A stretch of DNA of 64,000 nt from an uncultured Eubacteriales bacterium. Lineage in GTDB: Bacteria; Bacillota; Clostridia; Christensenellales; Borkfalkiaceae. Both the position numbers and the translations under genes were made by a program. The notes beneath the pieces were generated by a model, which did no database searches, was not told the origin of the DNA, and saw only the letters and a list, made by a program, of their open reading frames with translations. Positions 47,369 through 57,800 of the stretch are shown here, piece after piece. The DNA lies in the NCBI GenBank assembly GCA_900540805.1, contig UQHL01000004.1, forward strand, positions 101,323 through 165,322, given 5' to 3'. Every line of letters begins with the position of its first letter. The stretch's first letter is position 1.

Positions 47369-47517
47369 TTTTTTCTTTTCCTCCCGCTTTATATTCCATG
47401 CTCGGCCGCAGGCCTTTATGCCTTCTTCTACGCGCATATCATGTCGAATTTTAGATTAAATATCCTTCTTCAAAACGTATATTCCAAAGAATTTTATGCA
47501 GCTTTTCTAAATTTTAT

Positions 47518-48048
47518 TTACTTGCCGAACTTATCTTTATACATAGAAATACACTTGTTTATAATTTCCACGGCTTCGTCTCTATGACAGATTTCCTTAA
47601 CCGTCGTCTGTTTATGTTCGAGCGTTTTATAAACCTCGAAAAAGTGCATCATTTCGTCGAATACGTGATTGGGTAATTCATGGATATCGTAATAGCCGTT
47701 ATAGGTCGGGTCTTTGAAGGGAATGGCGATCACTTTCTCGTCCAGGGAACCGCCGTCGATCATTTTGATCACACCGATGGGATAACAGTTGATGAGGGTC
47801 ATGGGATAAATCGTTTCCCCGCAAAGCACCAACACGTCCAGCGGGTCGCCGTCCTCGGCAAGCGTTCGGGGAATAAAGCCATAATTGGCGGGATACACCG
47901 TAGAGGTATAGAGAACGCGGTCCAGCTTCAGAAGGCCCGTTTCCTTATCTAATTCGTACTTTACTTTACAGCCTTTCGGGATCTCGATCAGCGCCTCGAA
48001 GCTTTTCGCTTTTATCCGTTCTTCGGAAATATCGTGCCAGATATTCAT
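47518..48048 (-). CDS. ppa: inorganic pyrophosphatase (family I)
   Basis: EIPKGxKVKYE and DGDPLDVLV motifs. Start at MNIWHDI with AAAGGAG RBS. Confidence 0.85.
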   Translation of the reverse strand: MNIWHDISEERIKAKSFEALIEIPKGCKVKYELDKETGLLKLDRVLYTSTVYPANYGFIPRTLAEDGDPLDVLVLCGETIYPMTLINCYPIGVIKMIDGGSLDEKVIAIPFKDPTYNGYYDIHELPNHVFDEMMHFFEVYKTLEHKQTTVKEICHRDEAVEIINKCISMYKDKFGK

Positions 48049-48297
48049 AATTAAATCACTCCTTTGGGACGGTCCGTTTATTTGTCTTTTATAATAATAT
48101 TGTATCATACTTTCCGATTTTTCGCAAGAGTTGGAAATAAGCTTTCAAAAATTTCCCCGACGGATATCCCGAAAAAAGACTTTTATAGGTTTACCGTTTT
48201 ACGCGAAAAGGGCAAAAGGCTTTTAATCAGTTGTTTTTTTCAAAAAAACATGCTATAATGGGAACGCTTACCTTAAATCGTTTTTATCGGAGAAACT

Positions 48298-49569
48298 ATG
48301 CTGAAAGAGAAGATGAAAAATTTCGGAAGCAGTATAAAAAGTGCGGTTAAAAATTTCTTTAAGAGAAAAAATCCCGCCCAATTTTTTATCGCGATGATGG
48401 CGTTGAGCCTTATTATATGGCTCGTCAGTTCGCTCATCGTCGGAGAAAAATTTTTCACGGGAATCTTTTTTAATAACGGCACCGACCTTTTTATGGATTA
48501 TTTTAATTCGATCAGAGATGTTTTTCAGGGCATAGGCGTCTATACCGAACGACATGTTATCTATCCGCCTATGGCGAATCTGATTTTTCTTTTGTGCCTG
48601 CGTTTTGTCCCGGACGAATATGCCGCAACTTCTTTTAACGATCGTTATCTATGGGTCAATTATCCTTCGGCAATTTTGTCCTGTTTATTGTTTATACTTA
48701 TTTTTGCCGTTCTGTTTTTATTGCTTTGTCAACGGTATATGCGCTTTAACGGGAAAACAAAGCTCCTTTTTTCTTTTTTCCTGTTGGCCAACGTGCCCAT
48801 GCTTTACCTATTGGAGCGCGGAAATATTATTTTGATTTCCACCCTTTTTACAGGTATCTATATTTTTACTTATGACAGCAAAAGTAAGCTCGCCCGAGAA
48901 ATAGGGCTTTTCTCTCTTGCATTCGCCTTTTCCATTAAATTATACCCCGCCGCGTTAGGTTGGATGCTGATCGCAGATAAGCGCTATAAAGAGGCCTTAC
49001 GGTGCGTAATTTATGGAATTTTACTGCTGATTATCCCCTCGTTTTTTTTCGGTGGGCCGAAATGCCTTATTTGGATGATGGAAAATATATTTTCCTTTTC
49101 GTCGGGAAATAGTGGTTGGGACACAATTTCTCATGCAGTGCATATTCCCGTAATCGTTTTGAAAATAATATTTTATATCGGAATAGTAACCTGCATCGTC
49201 TTTTTTATTCTTTCGTCTTTTTTTCAAAAAGAGCGTTGGAAGGTCTGGACGTTTGCTTGTGCATTATTTATGGCCGCCCCGCCGTTGCATGCCGTTTACG
49301 GTTGGAATCTTTTTCTCATTCCCCTTATTTTACTTTGCAATGAAAAAACATTAAACGGAAAAAATCTTCTATATTTCCTTTTCATTGCTTTTCCGTTTTT
49401 ATTTATTCCCGGGGTCTTTCCTCCCGGCATCTCCAATTCGAATATCACAATAAATGAAGTCGTCATTCTTTTATGTCTTATCGCCCTTCTTATACTTTGC
49501 ATTGTCGATACGTTTTCGGCAATTACAATCAGGCAAAAAGAAAAAAATAATGTTTCCGCTGATTTTTAA
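48298..49569 (+). CDS. polytopic membrane protein, GT-C-like putative glycosyltransferase/polymerase
   Basis: 423 aa with ~11 TM. Loop with acidic residues (TDLFMDYFNS) after TM1. Low-GC. No family confidently recognised. Confidence 0.55.
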   Translation: MLKEKMKNFGSSIKSAVKNFFKRKNPAQFFIAMMALSLIIWLVSSLIVGEKFFTGIFFNNGTDLFMDYFNSIRDVFQGIGVYTERHVIYPPMANLIFLLCLRFVPDEYAATSFNDRYLWVNYPSAILSCLLFILIFAVLFLLLCQRYMRFNGKTKLLFSFFLLANVPMLYLLERGNIILISTLFTGIYIFTYDSKSKLAREIGLFSLAFAFSIKLYPAALGWMLIADKRYKEALRCVIYGILLLIIPSFFFGGPKCLIWMMENIFSFSSGNSGWDTISHAVHIPVIVLKIIFYIGIVTCIVFFILSSFFQKERWKVWTFACALFMAAPPLHAVYGWNLFLIPLILLCNEKTLNGKNLLYFLFIAFPFLFIPGVFPPGISNSNITINEVVILLCLIALLILCIVDTFSAITIRQKEKNNVSADF

Positions 49570-49603
49570 CTGAAGAAACAAACAAGGAAGTCAATTTTCT
49601 ATT

Positions 49604-50662
49604 ATGTACTATGTAAATGAAAATATTAAAAACACAAAAAGAATTTTTCCTCAACAGGGCAGATATGCGTATAAGAGATATGATATGAACGAAAATCCCG
49701 AGGGCCTTCCCAAAGCTTTTGTCGATTCAGTCCTCAAGGAAATCACGCCCGAATTTTTGTCCGTTTATCCCGAGCCTGACCGTTTTCTAAACAAATACGC
49801 TTCTTTTGTCGGGGTAAGCTACGACAATGTCCTTACGACAAACGGTTCCGACACGGCGATACGATATCTTCTCGAAACTTTCGGAGAAACGAAAAAAGAA
49901 GTTGTAACCGTCTCTCCTTCCTTTGAAATGTATGGGGTAAACTGTAACATACTCGGTTTGAAGCACGTCCCGGTCTCCTATGAAAAGGATCTGACGATAA
50001 ATATTGAAAATATTTTGCGCGCGATTACTTCCGATACCCGTGTTGTTGTTCTTTTGAACCCTAATAATCCAATAGGAAACGTTTATACCCGGGAAGAAGC
50101 GGAACAAGTGATTATCAAGGCACAACAAGTCGGAGCAATCGTTATTATAGATGAAGCTTATCACTACTTTTATAGACATACCTTTCTCGATTTTATCGAG
50201 CGCTATGACAACGTAGTTATTTTAAGAACTTTTTCAAAGCTTTTTTCGCTCGCCGCTTGTCGATTGGGGGTAATACTCGGCAATCCGGCGTTGATTTCTT
50301 ACGTAAAAAATGCCCGGTTGACATTTGACGTCAACTCCGTCGCTTTACTTTTCGGTGAACGGATTTTAGAGCGTCCCGAGTTGATTGAGTATTTAATAAA
50401 ACGGCAGGAAGAAGGAAAGAGTTACACGCTTAACCGCTTGAAGGAATATGGTTATGAATATCGGGACTGTAAAGGGAATTTTATCTTTATCAAGCCTTTG
50501 CATGACGCAAGGACTATCGCGGAAAAGCTGCGTGAAGAAAAAAAAGTTTTAGTCCACGCTTACGGCAATCCCCTATTAAAGGACTATATACGTGTTTCCG
50601 TCGGATCAATCGACGCAATGAAGATATTTCTAAATGCGTTCTTCGAGGTCGATCACAAATAG
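49604..50662 (+). CDS. class I/II PLP-dependent aminotransferase (histidinol-phosphate aminotransferase-like)
   Basis: LNPNNPIGN and the PLP-lysine context FSKLFSLAACRLG, characteristic of HisC/CobD-like enzymes. Confidence 0.8.
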   Translation: MYYVNENIKNTKRIFPQQGRYAYKRYDMNENPEGLPKAFVDSVLKEITPEFLSVYPEPDRFLNKYASFVGVSYDNVLTTNGSDTAIRYLLETFGETKKEVVTVSPSFEMYGVNCNILGLKHVPVSYEKDLTINIENILRAITSDTRVVVLLNPNNPIGNVYTREEAEQVIIKAQQVGAIVIIDEAYHYFYRHTFLDFIERYDNVVILRTFSKLFSLAACRLGVILGNPALISYVKNARLTFDVNSVALLFGERILERPELIEYLIKRQEEGKSYTLNRLKEYGYEYRDCKGNFIFIKPLHDARTIAEKLREEKKVLVHAYGNPLLKDYIRVSVGSIDAMKIFLNAFFEVDHK

Positions 50663-50692
50663 CTTTTGCTATAGGATAAGGGAAAACAAAAG

Positions 50693-52021
50693 ATGAAAAA
50701 AGTAATAACTTACGGTACGTTTGACATGCTTCATATTGGTCATATCCGTTTGCTGGAAAGAGCAAAGGCTTTAGGCGATTATCTGATTGTAGGGATTACG
50801 TCCGCAGGCTTCGATATGGCACGGGGAAAACTGAATGTCCGGCAAACTTTGACCGAGCGCATAAAAGCCGTTATGAATTTAGGAATAGCCGACGAAGTCA
50901 TTGCCGAAGAGTACGAAGGCCAAAAAATCGACGACATCAAACGCTATAACATTGATATTTTCGCTATCGGTTCCGATTGGGAAGGAAAATTTGATTATTT
51001 GAAAAACTATTGCGAAGTAGTGTATCTCGAAAGAACAAGGGGAATTTCAAGTACGGAAATCCGTTCCCGCAACGTTATACGAATGGGTATTGTAGGATAT
51101 TCTTCAATGTCGGAAAAATTTATTGAAGAATGCAAATATGTAAACGGCATAGAAGTACAGGCTATTTATACAAAATCTTACCCTCCTCCCGCTGCTTTGA
51201 GTTTTAAGGAGGCAAATGCCTGTTATCTCTTTGACGACTACGAAAAATTTCTTTCTGAAATTGACGCCGTCTATATCGTCTCCGATCCAAAGACGCGATA
51301 CGGCTACATTAAAAAAGCACTCATTGAGAAAAAGCACGTTTTGTGCGAATCTCCCGTTTCTTTAAGCCGTGAACAAACCATCGAACTGATCACGTTGGCA
51401 CAGTCGAAAAATCTCATTCTTTTTGAAGGCATAAAAACAGCCTACGTCCTTGCCTTCTCTCGACTTATTTCGCTTGTTCGCAGCGGAATTATAGGGGCAG
51501 TTAAATCCATCGATTCTACTTGCACCAGTTTAAGAAGCACTTCGGAAAATAACTGGGGAAGTCTGCTCGATTGGGGCGCGATCGCCATACTTCCGATTTT
51601 TGAAATTCTCGGTACGGAGTATATAAAAAAAGATATCATTTCCTATTTCGGCAATGCCGACGATATCGATCTGTTCACGAAAGTATCTTTTATTTATCCA
51701 AAAGCAACTGCGTCCTTAAAGGTCGGCATAGGCGTCAAATCGGAAGGAGAATTGGTTATTTCGGGAACGCGCGGTTATGTCTATGTTCCCGCTCCCTGGT
51801 GGAAAACGGAATATTTTGAAATCCGTTTTGAAAATCCTGCTGAAAACAAGAGATACTTCTATTCGCTGCATGGCGAAGGCATAAGATACGAGATATCCGC
51901 CTTTTCTGAAATCATTCAGAGAAAAACGGAAAATTATTATATTAATAACGATATTACCATTGCGATCAGCGGATTAATGGAAGATTACTGTAATAAAAAA
52001 GACGTAACGCTTATTTGCTAA
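50693..52021 (+). CDS. bifunctional protein: N-terminal TagD-like cytidylyltransferase fused to Gfo/Idh/MocA oxidoreductase
   Basis: N-terminus YGTFDMLHIGHIRLLERAK (HxGH nucleotidyltransferase motif). Residues ~130-440 carry a Gfo/Idh/MocA Rossmann + C-terminal fold. Confidence 0.75.
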   Translation: MKKVITYGTFDMLHIGHIRLLERAKALGDYLIVGITSAGFDMARGKLNVRQTLTERIKAVMNLGIADEVIAEEYEGQKIDDIKRYNIDIFAIGSDWEGKFDYLKNYCEVVYLERTRGISSTEIRSRNVIRMGIVGYSSMSEKFIEECKYVNGIEVQAIYTKSYPPPAALSFKEANACYLFDDYEKFLSEIDAVYIVSDPKTRYGYIKKALIEKKHVLCESPVSLSREQTIELITLAQSKNLILFEGIKTAYVLAFSRLISLVRSGIIGAVKSIDSTCTSLRSTSENNWGSLLDWGAIAILPIFEILGTEYIKKDIISYFGNADDIDLFTKVSFIYPKATASLKVGIGVKSEGELVISGTRGYVYVPAPWWKTEYFEIRFENPAENKRYFYSLHGEGIRYEISAFSEIIQRKTENYYINNDITIAISGLMEDYCNKKDVTLIC

Positions 52022-52067
52022 ATTGTTTGCCCTTCAATCGCACTGCGTTTTTTACAAAGGAGAAAGT

Positions 52068-52871
52068 ATGGAAAAGCTGGAAAAAATTCATTCGGTTCTT
52101 TTCGATATGTTGAGAGAAATCGCCTCTTTATGCGATAAATATGAGATCGAATATTTTTTAGATTCGGGGACGTTATTGGGTGCGGTAAGGCATCAGGATT
52201 TTATTCCTTGGGACGACGATGCCGATATCGCAATGAAAAGAAGCGAATATGAAAAATTTCTAAAGGTAGCGGACGAGCTTCCCAAGCCCTATCTTTTGAT
52301 TCAACCGCAAGATTATGGCGGATACTTTTTTGATTTTGCGCCGCGCGTCCTCAATATGGATGAACCTTTACATACGGAAACACACGAAGACATTGCACAA
52401 AATAACTATCAAAATCGTATGGCCGTCGATATTTTTTTATTGGACAATGCCCCTGATGACTTAAAAGCATTCCACAAGATGGTATTAAAGCAAAAAATCT
52501 TTTACGGATATGCAATGGCGCATCGTTTCAATAAAAAAATGCATTCGCATTCTTTAAGTGAAAAGCTGAAAATTTTTATTTTATCTTTTCTGGGAAAATT
52601 CCATTCTCTTAAAAACATTTTGAAAAAGCAAGAATGCTTAAGCACTGCTTACAACAAAAAAGACACCAACTACTATTGTTTTACAAACGTTATTCTTAAA
52701 GAAATCGGGAATCGTTATTCAAAAGAATGGTTTGATTCCTCCGTGAAGCTTCCTATACGCGACGCTCTCTTTACCTGTCCCGCGGGATACGATAAAACGC
52801 TGACTGCTTTATACGGCGACTATATGACGCCTCTGCCTCCGGAAGAACGCTATCCCTCTCATATCGATTAA
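52068..52871 (+). CDS. LicD family phospho-alcohol transferase (uses CDP-activated alcohols)
   Basis: FLDSGTLLGAVRHQDFIPWDDDADIAM, the hallmark LicD motif. AAGGAGA RBS. Confidence 0.8.
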   Translation: MEKLEKIHSVLFDMLREIASLCDKYEIEYFLDSGTLLGAVRHQDFIPWDDDADIAMKRSEYEKFLKVADELPKPYLLIQPQDYGGYFFDFAPRVLNMDEPLHTETHEDIAQNNYQNRMAVDIFLLDNAPDDLKAFHKMVLKQKIFYGYAMAHRFNKKMHSHSLSEKLKIFILSFLGKFHSLKNILKKQECLSTAYNKKDTNYYCFTNVILKEIGNRYSKEWFDSSVKLPIRDALFTCPAGYDKTLTALYGDYMTPLPPEERYPSHID

Positions 52872-52936
52872 ATTTAGATAAGGAAAAAACCGCTGCATTT
52901 TGCTATTATCAGCAGTAATTCAAAGGAGGAAATTAG

Positions 52937-53400
52937 TGGATAAAATCGCCGTGCTCGTTCCCTGCTACAACGAAAGCAACACGATCGAAAAGGTAGTAAA
53001 CGACTTCCGCCGCGTCCTTCCCGACGCGATCATTTACGTGTATGACAATAATTCCACCGACGACACCGCGGCCATTGCTCTTGCAGCCGGAGCGGTAGTT
53101 CTGCACGAATACATGCAGTGAACAGGAAACGTGATCCGAAGGATGTTTCGGGAAATCGACGCCGAATGCTATATTATGGTGGACGGAAACGATACGTATC
53201 CCGCGGAAGCCGCGCCCGAAATGGTGCGTAACGTTTTGGAAAAAAACAGCGATATGGTCGTCGGCGATCGCCCTGATCATGTGGTTCGGAGTAAATATCT
53301 GTCACGGAAATTATAAACTGATAAAAATCATTTCCACCGCCGTCGTTATGGTGTTCAACTTCGTCACAAAAAAATTGACTCTCTCTAAAAGATAAACTTT
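52937..53400 (+). pseudogene. family 2 glycosyltransferase (DPM1/GtrB-like), disrupted: in-frame TGA after ...VLHEYMQ plus internal deletion/frameshift
   Basis: 52937..53121 encodes VDKIAVLVPCYNESNTIEKVV...DNNSTDDT. An in-frame TGA is then followed by ...NVIRRMFREIDAECYIMVDGNDTYPAE... (53131..53316). A C-terminal TM remnant (ISTAVVMVFNFVTKK) sits in another frame. Confidence 0.6.
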
Positions 53401-53435
53401 TTCCAAAATTTCGGTAAAGGCCTCGTCGATTAAAT

Positions 53436-54686
53436 ATGAAATTTAACTCTCTGTTTGAAAAAGAAAATAGAAAAAAGATGGGCGACCTTTTTCTGAACAT
53501 CGGGGCGACCGCCCTGTTCAATCTCGTCATTCAGTTTGCTCTGTATCCCTATCTGAATAAAACGTTGGGAAAAGAAATGTACGGGACTGCGCTTTTTATG
53601 CTCTCTCTCGTCGCCATAGCCTCGGGCTCCTGCGGAACCGCGGCCAATTATTCGCGGTTAGTGAGCGAAAAAACGCTTCGTCCCTCCAACGGAGACTACA
53701 ATCTTTTTCTGCTTGTCGGCGGAATACTTTGCGCCGCAGTCGGTCTTTTTTATCTTTGGTGGATAAAGCTTCTCACCCCTATAACGGCAATTCTTTTCGC
53801 GGCGCTTCTCATCGTCACCGCTTTCCGTTATTATTCCGATGTGGAGTTTAAGTTAAAGACCTCTTTCGTCCGCTATTTTTTCTTTTATCTCGCCATTTCC
53901 GTCGGATATCTTCTCGGGCTTCTCGTCTATCGAAAGACAAATCAATGGATGACCGCCCTTCTGACGGGCGAAATTTTCGGCCTCGTCTATGCGGCCTTTG
54001 CAAGCAGGATCTACCGTCATCCCCTCTTGCGCCCCTCTCAAAGCTTCGGACTCGTCCTGAAAAGCATTTCTTTTCTTCTCCTTTCCAACCTTCTGGAAAA
54101 CCTCACGTTAAACGCCGACCGCCTGCTCCTATATTCTTTCGTGGACGGAACGGCGGTCTCCGTCTATTATACGGCGTCTCTTTTCGGAAAAGTCGTAGCG
54201 CTGCTCACCGTCCCCGTCAATTCGGTAATCATCAGCTATCTGATCCGCTACGACAAGGAGCTGTCGAAAAAAATGTGGAGCGTCTTTACCATCGGCGGAA
54301 TTGTCTGCGGCGCAATCTGTTTAGGCGCATGTCTCCTGTTTTCGGGGCTTATTCTGCCGCATTTCTACAACGACTTATACGCCGCCTCTAAGCCCTATCT
54401 GTTCCCCGCCATTCTCAGCCAGATTCTCTATTTCGTTTCGGGCGTGCTGTTGGTGGTGCTGCTGCGCTTCCGCGGCGAAAAGAAACAATTTTTTCTCAAT
54501 CTGGGCTATGCGATCGTATTTTTTGCGCTCACCTTAATCGCCACTTATCTTTTCGGCCTGAACGGCTTTGTGTGGGCCTCCCTGTTGGCTAACGCCCTCC
54601 GACTGGCCGTCGTCATTCCCTGGGGCTTTTTGCCGCCCCGCCGAAAGGCGGCTCCGCCTCCGCCGGAAGAAACCGAGCAATCTTAA
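53436..54686 (+). CDS. oligosaccharide flippase (Wzx/MOP family)
   Basis: 416 aa with ~12 TM. N-terminal GDLFLNIGATALFNLVIQFALYPYLNKTLGKEMYG typical of polysaccharide biosynthesis flippases. Start ambiguous (53436 or 53478). Confidence 0.7.
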   Translation: MKFNSLFEKENRKKMGDLFLNIGATALFNLVIQFALYPYLNKTLGKEMYGTALFMLSLVAIASGSCGTAANYSRLVSEKTLRPSNGDYNLFLLVGGILCAAVGLFYLWWIKLLTPITAILFAALLIVTAFRYYSDVEFKLKTSFVRYFFFYLAISVGYLLGLLVYRKTNQWMTALLTGEIFGLVYAAFASRIYRHPLLRPSQSFGLVLKSISFLLLSNLLENLTLNADRLLLYSFVDGTAVSVYYTASLFGKVVALLTVPVNSVIISYLIRYDKELSKKMWSVFTIGGIVCGAICLGACLLFSGLILPHFYNDLYAASKPYLFPAILSQILYFVSGVLLVVLLRFRGEKKQFFLNLGYAIVFFALTLIATYLFGLNGFVWASLLANALRLAVVIPWGFLPPRRKAAPPPPEETEQS

Positions 54687-54742
54687 AAAACGCCGCCCGA
54701 GCTTTTGGTTCTGGCGGTGTTGTTGCTTTATTTATACCAAAA

Positions 54743-54776
54743 GAGGATAAGCATACCGCTTACCCTCTTTTTTTAT
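54743..54776. terminator. rho-independent terminator (bidirectional) between the flippase and helicase genes
   Basis: agaggataagc-atac-gcttaccctct (11 bp, one mismatch) + TTTTTTT. Confidence 0.6.
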
Positions 54777-54842
54777 ACGCTAAAACAGCGGTCGGCCATT
54801 TGACGGTTCGATACAAGAAAGTTTTATTCTCTTTTTCTATCG

Positions 54843-57800
54843 TCAAAATAATGACAATTGCTGTGCCCACGGCTTTTCGAGTGCTTTTTCTCTCTTTACA
54901 TTCGAAGGCAATTCCGCAAGAAACGGCGAAGGATCGCCTCTGGTTGTCAAAACGAGCTCCTCTATTGCGCGGGTAATGCCCACGTAAAACAGGCGGCGTT
55001 CCTCTTCCTCGTCCGTTTCCCGCGAAGAAACGAGCGGCAGTACCTTTTCGGTAAGTCCGCAGAGGAATACGACGGGGAACTCCAACCCCTTGGCGCCGTG
55101 CAGCGTAGCCAGTCTCACGGCTCCCGCGGCCGCGTTTCCGCTGGGGAGCAAAACGTCGCCCTCCTTGCCCAGATACACCGCGTCGAGAAATTCGTCCATG
55201 GCCGCGTAATGCGCGGCTTTTATCAGTTCTTCAAATTCCGCGGAAGTTAAATGCAGATATTCCTTCCAGGCCGTCAAAATTTTTCTCGGTCTGCCTCCGA
55301 TAAGCGGCAGAAATTTTTCTTTCGCCGCTTCAAAATTTTCGCGCCCGCCCATAAATTCCAACGCCTGCGCTTCAGCCGCTTCGTTCTGCGCGAGCAGGGC
55401 GGCAAAAAACGCAAGGGTACCGCTCACCGCGGGCGCTTCGAGAAATTCCGTCTTACCCGAAACGACGCAGGGAATGTCGTCTCTCCTTAAACAATGCTCG
55501 ATTTGGGAAAGCTGGCGATGCGTGCGCGCAAGCACCGCAATCTCTCCAAATTCCCGCAGCCCTTCCTCCCTGCCTTTGCCGAGCATGTCCAGCCCGCCCG
55601 TCATGCGCGCGATTTCTTTGGCCACAAATATCCCCTCGGAAAGCTCCGAAGCGCAATCGACCAAACGAACGGCCGCCCCCGACGGCTTGCACGCCTCGAG
55701 CACGCGCGCGCCCGAATTATGCGAAACGACGTTCAGCGCGCAATCGATCACCTCGGGCGTCGAGCGGTAATTTTTCGTCAGCCGCACGGTAAGCGCGTCG
55801 GGATAATCCGCCGCCAGCATTGAAAAACAATCGGACGCGGCGCCGCGGAAGGAATAAATGGCCTGATCGGGATCGCCGATCGCAAACAGCCGCCCCTCTT
55901 CGCCCAGCCACAGGCGGATCAGCTCGTACTGCGCGGGATTGACGTCCTGAAATTCGTCCACGTGCAGATAACGGAATTGTTTTCCCTTTATCTTTCGCTT
56001 CAGCGCTTCGGAGATGAGATCGTCGTAATCCAGCATTCCCGCCGCCCTCAAGCGTCGGTTATATTCCGCCGCCGCGTCCGTTTCCGTCTCTTTGCCGTTT
56101 TTCACGGCGGATACATGATTCAAAAATTTGCGGGGAGCAAGCTTTATCCCGTATTCCGCGACGACCTCGGCCGCGGTTTTCAGCATAAAAGCAGGGTTCG
56201 CCAAAGCGAATTCGTCTTTCAAAAAGGAAAAACAAATTGAGTGAAAGGTGCCCACGGTAATCTTTTCCGCCGCTTTTTTCAACCGCGCCGAAAGCCTTTC
56301 GCGCATTTCGGCCGCGGCTTTGACCGTGAACGTCACCGCGGTAATCTCCGCAGGCTTCACGCCGCTTTCCACCAGGCGCACGATCCGCTCTACCAGCGTA
56401 AACGTCTTGCCCGTGCCGGGGCCGGCGACGACCGCCGTCACGCGCGCTTTGCTGTCCGCCGCGGCTTCCTGTTCGGCGTTTATTCCGCGAGGGTCTCTCT
56501 CCCCGCTTTCGTTTTCGTTTTTTTCTTCTTTCCCCTTTTTGAATTTTTCCCCACGGTCGGTTTCCCCGTCCCGCGCGGCCGCAAGGGGTAAGTCGCTTAA
56601 AAAAGACATCTGCCCGCTTGCGTTTTTCAGCTCGTCGGGGGTAAAGAGAGCTATTTTACCGTATTCTCCGTCATATCCCGCCGTTTTGATAACCCGTTCC
56701 TCGCGCAGCCGCCTTATGCCTTCGGCTATCCTCTCGCCGCCGGCCTTCTCAATATCGCCGAGCGAGCGGACGCGCAGGATTTCCGCCTCCGCCCCCAGCT
56801 TTGAAAGCAGCTTACAATATACCCGTTCCGCCTTATCGCCCGACGCGGAAATCCCCAGCGACGCGGCAATCACTTCGGGCAGGGGCATGAGATACTCGAA
56901 ACGTTTTTCTTTTTCGGAAATATATGTCTCGTCCCGTTCCGCCAACTGCTCCAGCCTGTTGAGTACCCCGATCGTGATTTTTTTACCGCAAACGGGACAT
57001 TTCCCCCCCAGCGCCCGCGTCTCCTGCGGGGTCAGTCTGAGATGACAGGCTCTGTGCCCGTCCAGATGGTATTTACCCTCCTCGGGAAAAAACTCGACGG
57101 TGCCGAGGAAGCCTTCCCCCGTATCGAGCGTCCGCTTAAGTGCGGGGTAGGAAAGCTCCGCATCTATCAGATTGCTTTCCCTGCCGAGCTTGGCGGGAGA
57201 ATGAGCGTCGGAATTGGAGACCAGCGTGTAGCGGTCCAACTGCGGAACGCGCCGATTCATGCGGGGATCGGAGGAAAGCCCCGTCTCCATGGCGCGGATA
57301 TGCGGCGCCAGGTCTCCGAAGCATTCTTCGACAGTATCGAAGCCCGAAAAAGCGCCGAACATAGAAAAATGCGGCGTCCAGATATGGGCGGGAATAAAGA
57401 TCGCTTCGGGGCATATTTCCAGCGTTATTGCGAGGAGGTCTTTCGACGACAACCCGAGTATCGGCCTCCCGTCCGAACGGATATTTCCGATAGTCTCCAG
57501 CTTCAGTGCCAGGCGTTCGGCGGCGTCGAGAGAGGGCAGCAGAATCAGATTATGAACCTTCCGCACCTTTCCGTCCTGCTTATAAATACAGCTGATCTCC
57601 CCCGATACCACGAAACGGGGTTCTATGGAAAAGTCGCAAAAATCCTTCAACCGTTTTTCAGGCTTGATACGATACAACCCCTCTTCCGCGGGTTCCAGCG
57701 TATCGGCCATCTCCCCGCGCCAGGCGGGATGCGTAAAATCGCCCGTTCCCACCAGCTCTATCCCTTTCCGACGCGCCCAAAAATCCAGATTGGGAATGTC

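Noticed and set aside
53119-53121. In-frame TGA in the GT2 gene as selenocysteine or alternative genetic code (UGA=Gly)
   Set aside because: All other long ORFs obey the standard code. No SECIS-like hairpin follows. The gene also carries a deletion/frameshift.
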